Below, in pieces: positions 8,764 to 15,800 of a stretch of 35,619 nucleotides of DNA; the first letter of the stretch is position 1; each line of letters begins with the position of its first letter. Under the pieces are notes generated by a model. It was not told the DNA's origin and made no database searches. It saw only the letters and a program-made list of their open reading frames with translations. The position numbers and the translations under genes were made by a program. Source of the stretch: a virus (lineage: Duplodnaviria; Caudoviricetes); the IMG/VR virus record IMGVR_UViG_3300017988_000572, positions 1 through 35,619 of that record. One strand, given 5' to 3'.

Positions 8764-9563
8764 ACCTTGGCAAAATTGTTTTACTGACGCTATTCGGATC
8801 ATCGGTCGGCTTCGCGCAGACGACCCTCAGTAAGATCACGATTAAGGACATCACGATCCGGGAGCCTACGGCCGCTGCCCCCACATTTTCGCCTGCGGCT
8901 GGAGCGGTGTCGAATCCGACGACGGTTACGGCTTCCTCGGTAAGCGGCTGCTCCTCCTACATCTACTTCGACACCAACTCGTCGCCTACGACAAAGCAGA
9001 CCACCTACAGCGTGACGACGGCAGTGACGTTGTATGCTCAGATTCGAGGCTGCCCCGGCTTTCTGAACTCTTCGGTGAGCAGCGCAGCCTACACCATTAC
9101 GATTCCTAACTTCGGTTATTCCGTTGTTGGGTCATCGAGCGCGTCATCATCGGGCTATCTCAACGGAAGCATCTTTACCGCGTCGGCTACGGCCAGCTAT
9201 ACGACTGTGCATTTGTACTGCTCGAGCACCGGCGGGACTGGCACGGCCCTTGTCGGCGTCTACAACTCCACATCGACGACGCCCTCGAACGAGAGCCAAG
9301 TCGGGTCCACATCCGGCACCATAACCTGCCCTTCTACGGCCGGATGGGCCACAGCATCAATATCAGCATCTCTGACTTCCGGCACCCTCTATGCGCTAGC
9401 GGTTAGCGTTAGCGGGAGCACGGTTCTAATCTATTGGGCCGGCTCCGGAGGAGCAGGTTTTCAAGCGACGTATGCCTACACCGGGAGCATGCCCAATCCG
9501 TTTCCAACATTCACCGGTGGAACGGACTCGGACAACGATTCGCTTTATCTATCGAATCCGTAA
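8760..9563 (+). CDS. Signal-peptide-bearing protein with chitobiase/beta-hexosaminidase C-terminal (Fn3-associated)-like domain (cassette D)
   Basis: MNLGKIVLLTLFGSSVGFA|Q; AAPTFSPAAG...IYF....SPT.....VTTAVTLYA...NSSVSSAAYTI pattern; ATGA-coupled. Confidence 0.82.
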   Translation: MNLGKIVLLTLFGSSVGFAQTTLSKITIKDITIREPTAAAPTFSPAAGAVSNPTTVTASSVSGCSSYIYFDTNSSPTTKQTTYSVTTAVTLYAQIRGCPGFLNSSVSSAAYTITIPNFGYSVVGSSSASSSGYLNGSIFTASATASYTTVHLYCSSTGGTGTALVGVYNSTSTTPSNESQVGSTSGTITCPSTAGWATASISASLTSGTLYALAVSVSGSTVLIYWAGSGGAGFQATYAYTGSMPNPFPTFTGGTDSDNDSLYLSNP

Positions 9564-9599
9564 GAGCAGCGACGTAGGCATCGCCTTTGCTCCTAGACC

Positions 9600-9643
9600 A
9601 GCTTGCTGTTGAGCACGCCCGATGGCTGGGGCATTCTGACATC
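9600..9643 (+). promoter_or_regulatory. Putative late promoter copy 2 (protease-capsid operon)
   Basis: AGCTTGCTGTTG 9600-9611; TTGAGC, 17-nt spacer, CATTCT (9632-9637); 6 nt then ATG 9644. Confidence 0.75.
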
Positions 9644-11083
9644 ATGAGTCGCGGACTACAGCTTGTTGAGGCTTCGCTTAAAGCCGTTGAGGCTGGCGCT
9701 GGCCATCCCAACAAGATGCGCGTTCGCGGAATGCTTGTGCAGCTGGACACCCCCAGCAATAAGCCACCCAACGGCGCCCAGGGGCATCGCATTTTGGTGC
9801 CGATGGAAGTCGCCAAGCGACGCCTGAAGACTTTGGTGGGGATGGGCCTGAACTACTCGCCCGACCTCGATGCGCACGCCCAGCGGCGTAAGGTGGGCGT
9901 GATCGACAAGGCCTGGATCGCGGGCAACGAATTGATGATCGAGGGTCATGTTTGGAAGCACGACTTCCCCGAGGCTGAGAAGGACCTGAAGCAGTCCGGG
10001 CTGGGCATGAGCATGGAGCTGGGAGAGGTTCGGGTAGACAACCCCAACGCCGATGTTTGGACCCTGGATGACTTTCAATTTTTAGGGGCAACTATCTTGT
10101 GGCGGAAATCCGCGGCCTACAACAACACGCGGGCGATTGCGGCGCGAGCCGAGCAAAGGAGAGGAAGCATGTCGAAGACGGTGAATAAGACGGGGAAAGC
10201 GTCTCGCGAGCAAGGTGAGCGTGTGGCGCAGATCGCCGCCGAAGCTGCCGCTGGTGCTGTGCGTAAGGGCACCTCGAAGATTCTGGCGGTCCTCGAAACG
10301 CAGACGAATGCGCTGGCGGAAATCACCGCCCAGCAAGAGGAGTTCGATAGCCGTCTTTCGGCGATCGAAACCGGAACCACCCACCTCAGCGCTGATGCCG
10401 ACGATGATGTGAGCGCAGCCGGCAAGAAGGCGTCGAGCAGCACCACCACCTCCTCATCGACAGCGAGCGAGGATGGAGGCTGGAGCGCGGCTGAGGACGA
10501 CGCTGCGGCGGCTGCCAAAGCCTCCAGCAGCACCACTTCCTCATCGACGGCAAGCGAGGATGTAGGCGCCGAGGGCGTGGACAAGGGCGACCTCGACGAG
10601 GAAGACACCGACCTTGGGCAGAAAGCTGGCCACGCCAACGAGGACGCAGAGAACCGCGGCAGCGATGGCGCCGAGGACGTTGTGAAGAAGGTCGGCTCTA
10701 CCGTGTCGAGTGCGCGGATGCGGGCGCTGAAGACTGCTAACAAGCAGCTACAGCGGCAGCTTGCAGCCAGCCAGCAACAGATCGCGAAGCTGGAGCACAA
10801 GCTGGGCCACAAGATCGAGAAGCTGCAGGCGCAGGTGACCGACGCTGCTCAGAGAATGAGCCGCAGGTCGCTCTCACCTGAGATCACGGCGATGATGGCC
10901 AAGGCCAACATCGATCCGGTTGACATGTTCCGCTCCGGCAGCAAGCTGAGTGTGGCTGAGGTGGACGGTGTTATCAGCTCCAGCGGCATTCCCATGAATC
11001 CGGTGGACCGGGTCGCCTGGAAACAGGCTTTTCTCCACGCTGGTCTGATGGACGAGGGCCGTGTGGAGCGTAGCCCCCGCTAG
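9644..11083 (+). CDS. Prohead (capsid maturation) protease fused to scaffold
   Basis: Lies just before the capsid gene; LDAH and LGMSMEL give candidate catalytic His/Ser; KVGVIDKAWI.GNELMIEGHVW pattern; acidic and coiled-coil C-terminal half. Start 9644 chosen from promoter geometry. Confidence 0.8.
   Translation: MSRGLQLVEASLKAVEAGAGHPNKMRVRGMLVQLDTPSNKPPNGAQGHRILVPMEVAKRRLKTLVGMGLNYSPDLDAHAQRRKVGVIDKAWIAGNELMIEGHVWKHDFPEAEKDLKQSGLGMSMELGEVRVDNPNADVWTLDDFQFLGATILWRKSAAYNNTRAIAARAEQRRGSMSKTVNKTGKASREQGERVAQIAAEAAAGAVRKGTSKILAVLETQTNALAEITAQQEEFDSRLSAIETGTTHLSADADDDVSAAGKKASSSTTTSSSTASEDGGWSAAEDDAAAAAKASSSTTSSSTASEDVGAEGVDKGDLDEEDTDLGQKAGHANEDAENRGSDGAEDVVKKVGSTVSSARMRALKTANKQLQRQLAASQQQIAKLEHKLGHKIEKLQAQVTDAAQRMSRRSLSPEITAMMAKANIDPVDMFRSGSKLSVAEVDGVISSSGIPMNPVDRVAWKQAFLHAGLMDEGRVERSPR
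10169..11083 (+). CDS. Nested in-frame scaffold protein (internal start)
   Basis: AAGGAGAGG immediately upstream of in-frame ATG 10169 at the end of the protease domain, as in lambda C/Nu3 and Mu I/Z. Confidence 0.65.
   Translation: MSKTVNKTGKASREQGERVAQIAAEAAAGAVRKGTSKILAVLETQTNALAEITAQQEEFDSRLSAIETGTTHLSADADDDVSAAGKKASSSTTTSSSTASEDGGWSAAEDDAAAAAKASSSTTSSSTASEDVGAEGVDKGDLDEEDTDLGQKAGHANEDAENRGSDGAEDVVKKVGSTVSSARMRALKTANKQLQRQLAASQQQIAKLEHKLGHKIEKLQAQVTDAAQRMSRRSLSPEITAMMAKANIDPVDMFRSGSKLSVAEVDGVISSSGIPMNPVDRVAWKQAFLHAGLMDEGRVERSPR
10425..10563 (+). repeat. Tandem duplication encoding KASSSTT(T)SSSTASED twice
   Basis: CAGCACCAC...TCCTCATCGAC.GC.AGCGAGGATG occurs twice. Confidence 0.85.
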
Positions 11084-11119
11084 TAGGTTGGCGGACATCA
11101 ACAGGAAGGAGACTTGAAT

Positions 11120-12178
11120 ATGAAAGGCGTTGCGCAATTTGTTGATCCGTCAAACAGCCCAGTTCTGACCGCGATTATGGCGGCGGGAAGGGGCCGGAGT
11201 GCCGAAGGTGTAGGCAATATCTCGGCTGCGGCGGATTACCTGGCTCCCGGCGCGATTGAAGTGAATCGGTACGCGACGGAAATCGTGGACATGGTGCGGA
11301 GGCGTTTCGTGCTCGGCCAACGCATCAACCAGACGCTGGCAACCGGCCAGCCTCACCGCTACTTCGAGCAGATTGCAATTCCGTCTGCTGTGCCGGCGAA
11401 CCCGCGGGCTTTGACCACCACCGCATCTCAACCCGTAAGGCAAGAGCGCGTGGTTGGCCTCAAGGCCATCACCGCGCAGATCAACTACGGGCTGTTCGAT
11501 GTGGAGATCAACCAGCAGCAGGGCCAATTCGCCTACCTCGAGGCGAAGGACCTCACCGACACCGTGGACGGCGTGCTCAAGCTGCACGACTCGACGTTGT
11601 GGACCGGTAACGACACCGATCTGTTTATCGCTACCAGCACCCAGTATTACGGCATCAGCGGCCAGATTTTGGCTGGCGCTGCCTCTTCGCTGGGACTTGG
11701 AGCGGTGTCGATCCCGGCCAGCGGTTCGCTGGTGGATGGATACAAGACCGCGGTGGCTGCGATGGCCAATCGGCAGGACTTTGAAGTACGGCCGACCGCC
11801 ATCTACGGCAACCCCACGCTGCTCAACCTGTTCGACCAGGAAGTTTACGACAACAACCGCCAGCTGTTCTACAACCAGACAGAGGTGCTGCCGGGCGTCG
11901 TAGTGAATGGACTGCCGACGCAGGTGGGCATTCTGCCTCTGGTAAGCGACTCAGCTCTGGTGAACATCAGCGCTGGCGGCGGCAAGAACCAGTACACCGG
12001 GTTCATTCTCTCCGATGTGGACATGATCAAGTATGCGTACTTGACCGACCCGCTGCCGAGAGTCTTCCAACTCGGGTTGCTGGGCAACCTCAGCTCGCAG
12101 TACGTGGTGGTGAAGTTCGGTGCCCCGTTTGTCGAGGGACCGGGCTACGCGCACCAGGCTGTGCTGACCATCCGGTAA
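11120..12178 (+). CDS. Major capsid protein (HK97 fold expected)
   Basis: Follows the scaffold; ~352 aa; AAGGAG RBS 8 nt before ATG 11120; LWTGND..YYGISGQI and PTAIY.NP motifs; strong codon bias; terminator directly after. Confidence 0.88.
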   Translation: MKGVAQFVDPSNSPVLTAIMAAGRGRSAEGVGNISAAADYLAPGAIEVNRYATEIVDMVRRRFVLGQRINQTLATGQPHRYFEQIAIPSAVPANPRALTTTASQPVRQERVVGLKAITAQINYGLFDVEINQQQGQFAYLEAKDLTDTVDGVLKLHDSTLWTGNDTDLFIATSTQYYGISGQILAGAASSLGLGAVSIPASGSLVDGYKTAVAAMANRQDFEVRPTAIYGNPTLLNLFDQEVYDNNRQLFYNQTEVLPGVVVNGLPTQVGILPLVSDSALVNISAGGGKNQYTGFILSDVDMIKYAYLTDPLPRVFQLGLLGNLSSQYVVVKFGAPFVEGPGYAHQAVLTIR

Positions 12179-12197
12179 GAGCAGCGGTAGTGAGTGT

Positions 12198-12230
12198 AAA
12201 GCCCCGGGTTTAGGCTCGGGGCTTTTGCTT
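12198..12230 (+). terminator. Intrinsic terminator after the capsid gene
   Basis: AAAGCCCCGGGT-TTAG-GCTCGGGGCTTT followed by TGCTT. Confidence 0.88.
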
Positions 12231-12240
12231 AGGAGAGCTG

Positions 12241-12510
12241 ATGAACGTCGCTGACCTAATTGCGATACGCTCCCTCAAAGTTGACCAATCCCACATCAAG
12301 GGTGAGGCTGGGACCGGCTACGAGCCGCCCGGCAAGAAGGGACCGTTCCGGTGTGACAACTGCGAATACTTTTCCGGCCCCGGCGGCAATACCTGCGGGC
12401 AGCGGACGATGATGAAGCTGTCCAAGCAGCCGCGGGTGAACAGTGGGCGCGTGATTGTCGATCCAGCTGGATGCTGTGAGATGATTTCGCGTATAGGGAA
12501 AGTGAAATGA
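12241..12510 (+). CDS. Small Cys-rich protein with HiPIP-like motif
   Basis: AGGAG RBS; Y....CDNCEYF.......C....VDPAGCC pattern; no Tat signal. Confidence 0.7.
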   Translation: MNVADLIAIRSLKVDQSHIKGEAGTGYEPPGKKGPFRCDNCEYFSGPGGNTCGQRTMMKLSKQPRVNSGRVIVDPAGCCEMISRIGKVK

Positions 12511-12561
12511 AGGCTGCTACGCATTGCCCGCAAGACCAACCACTGAACAAGGAGCCAATAC

Positions 12562-12732
12562 ATGTCATTTGTGATCGACAACTCGAAGGTTGAGGAGCTA
12601 CTCAAGTCAAGCAGTCCGCCTTACGCGCTTACTTACTCTCCAATGGTGAGCGAAAACTACAACGCAGAGCCTGTTTATGCTGATCTTCCGACATGCGAGA
12701 CATGCGCAGATGATCCGCTTACTGTGGAATGA
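12562..12732 (+). CDS. 56-aa acidic hypothetical protein (not in ORF track)
   Basis: AAGGAG 7 nt before ATG 12562; MSFVIDNSKVEELLKSS...LPTCETCADDPLTVE*; fills the intergenic gap. Confidence 0.6.
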   Translation: MSFVIDNSKVEELLKSSSPPYALTYSPMVSENYNAEPVYADLPTCETCADDPLTVE

Positions 12733-12795
12733 TCGCGACCTATATTGACTCTGGCGTTCGGGCAAGTACGGCCGTGATTGATCGTGTCGGGTAGG

Positions 12796-12839
12796 AGCTT
12801 GCTGTTGGCCTAGGAGCGACCAAGGGGCAATCTATGGGT
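12796..12839 (+). promoter_or_regulatory. Putative late promoter copy 3 (cargo/neck operon)
   Basis: AGCTTGCTGTTG 12796-12807; TTGGCC, 17-nt spacer, CAATCT (12828-12833); 6 nt then ATG 12840. Confidence 0.75.
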
Positions 12840-15800
12840 ATGGCCCTATCCTCGAGCGCCGCGGCCTCCCTACGGTCAAACCCGTTCGACCTTGAGCTGC
12901 TCCAAGCGCAGGTTGCGGCTGATCTGGAAGCCTTTGATCCTGATGAGGAACGTGATCCTCACGGCCGCTGGGTTCGTGGGATGCCCGAGCAGGGCGAGCT
13001 GTTCGAGAAATACCAGCAAAAGCAGTCGGACCGTATTGCGCAGGTGCTAAAGCGGGCTGCCGCCGACAAGAGAGTAGCCCAGGCCGCGCAGGAAGCTGCT
13101 ACGAGGGGTGACGCCCGCAATGATCCTGGTGTGACCACAGACGGACAGCACTACACTCCGCAGACCGACGACTTCAACAAGAGAGTGGCTGAAAGCTTTC
13201 TCGATCCCAAAGCCAAAGTGCCGGAGGGCAAGCAGCCGATCGCTGTGTTCATGCTGGGTAAGCCTGGAGCCGGTAAGAGTGCGATGATGGGGTCGTTGCG
13301 GGACAAGCTGCCGCCGATGGTGAACATCAACGCTGACGATGTGATGGACAAGCTGCCTGGGTACAAGGGGACCTTGGCCCAGGCCTATCATGAGTGGGGG
13401 TGCGACGTAGCGCGCCACTATCTCACGCCTGAGGCTTTGACCGGACACTACAACGTCAACTTTGATATGACCGACAATGTGTCTCGGCTGGAGCGGACCG
13501 CGCAAGAGTGCAAGCTGATGGGGTATCGGATTGTGGTGCTGCACGCGGATGTAGACACCGCGACCTCGGTCGAAAGAGCCTACAATAGATTTGTTGTCAA
13601 AGGGCGCTACGTTCCGCTTGATGTGGTCAAGAGCTACGGCGAGCGGCCGAAGCAAGCCTACGACCACATCAAGGCCAGCGGCATCGCTGATGAATGGAGG
13701 GAGTATGACACAACCGACGCAGGACTCGGACGAGCACGTGGCGGAGCGCCAGTCAGAGCAAGACTTGTCGAATCCGGCTACCGCACCCCTGGGCCGGTAC
13801 TCATCGGAGCCGAGCGAAGCCTGGGCACAGGCGCTGGAAGAGGGCGTTCACACCGCCTATCTCGACTGGTGCAAGAAACATCCCGAGCAAAAGTAGCGCT
13901 GCTGCAGGCTGCCAACGAGCTTGGAGTGCTGGCCTACAGCGACGACGAGGCTCGTGATGCTCATGGGGAATGGACTCGAGGCGATAGCGTAGAGGATTCC
14001 TATCAGGTGCTTGGGGAGCTGGGGAAGCGTGGGAAGAGCGCCGCGCTTATAACCGGCACCGGCAAGATTGGGATTGGAGATTCGCATCCTCATGTCGCCA
14101 ATTCGCTGGGATACGGGGATAAGAATGACCCATTTGGCGTGGACTGGGACCGCTTTTACGCTGATGGCGGCGTGCTTGTTCGGTATCGGCCATACAACGT
14201 GGACGTGAGTTTTGGAAGCCCCAACGAGGAAGACATGGATCGGGTGCGGAGCATCCTCGATGCCGTGCCTAATTCCGATGGAAATCACTACACGATGGAC
14301 TACTTTCAGCCTGGAGCGGACGGTAGATTCGCTATGGGCGATAAGCAGAACGTACTGCGGGCGATGAACCGCTGGCAGCGTGGGCTTGCTGGAGCGGGTG
14401 TGCAAGCCTACTCCGAAGACGAAGAGCGCGACGATCACGGCCGCTGGACCTCCGGCATGGACGCGAATCTGAAAGCGCTGTCCCGGACCGCTAAGGGCGA
14501 AGAGAGGCATTCAGACCGCCCCGGCCTGGCGAAGTCCGGGCAGGAGTTGGCCGACAAAGCCACCGACAATTTCCATAAAGCTGCCGAGTGGGTGTGGCAG
14601 AACCGCGAACTCGAGATGGACCGCAGCAATCTCCCCTACATCGTGACCAAGATCGGCGACATGGTGAATGAGGGGCTGCTGAAGCCCGGCCAGAGCTTAT
14701 GGCGCAATTATGAAGACCCCAAGCTGCACTACCCACCGGCCTCTGAGATCAAGGGTCTGATGCAGAACTTCTATTCCGAGCTGGCCGACCGGATCAAGTC
14801 TGGAGACGATCCTAAGGGCATCGCCGCCTGGGCCGAGCACGAGTTCAACGTGAAGATTCACCCGTTTTCGGATGGCATGGGCCGGGCTACGCAGCTGCTC
14901 AGCGGCATGATCCTGTTGCAGAAGGGGCATGACCTGCCGAAGTACGAAGGCCGCGACAGCTTCTACAAAAACATGACCGGGCCTGATTGGGAGAAATACT
15001 ACCGCGGCCTGTTCGGGGTCGAAGCATATAGCCCCGATGAAGAGCGTGATTCTCACGGTGAATGGACGAGTGGCGGGATTGTTTATCACGGCACCAGCTC
15101 TGCTGCTTTGAAGCAGATCGCCAAAGAAGGACTGATCCCAGGTAAAGGACAAGGCGGCGACGCGTGGGCCAGGAAGTTTGGACGTGAAAGGGGTATGGGG
15201 TCGGCTCCAGCCGAGATGCTGGGGAGGGCCAAGAGCATATTCTTCACACGCGACCGGATCAACATGGTGAACTTTGCTGCGGCCGCGGCAGAGGTGAACA
15301 AGGGATCGCTTCCTGTCATTCTTAAAGTGAACCTGCCAGCTGATGTGGCGAAGAAGATGAAGCAAGACGAGTTCAGCGGCCCCGGGAACTGGCGCTACAC
15401 ACATACCATTCCTGCAAAATACATCACCGCCTACAGGCCTGCCACGAAATTTGAGGGTGGTTACTTCCCGCCTGCTGAGGGAACAACCTGGGGTAAATGG
15501 AAGAAGTTCGACCCGAGCCAACTGGCGGCATCCGGCACCGTTACGTTCTACACCTTCATTCTTTGCCATCCCGGATTGGAAGCCTACAGTCCCGACGAAG
15601 CGCGCGACGCCCACGGCCGCTGGGGCAACAGCGGCGACGCTCCTGAGAAATGGATCGGCTTTGACCTCGACGGGACCTTGGCCCACTACGAACATTGGGA
15701 GGGACCGGGGAAGATTGGCGCGCCGCTCAAGGACACTGAAGTTTGGAAAGCGCTCGAGGATCACCTGGCTGCTGGAGATCATGTCAAGATTATGACCGCT

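Noticed and set aside
9587-9643. ORF-track upstream starts (9587; also 13, 5628, 7453, 11114, 26184)
   Set aside because: Downstream ATGs fit RBS, promoter geometry or signal peptides better.
12507-12593. 28-aa ORF MKAATHCPQ... overlapping the 12510 stop
   Set aside because: Very short, and overlaps the better-supported 12562 gene and its RBS.
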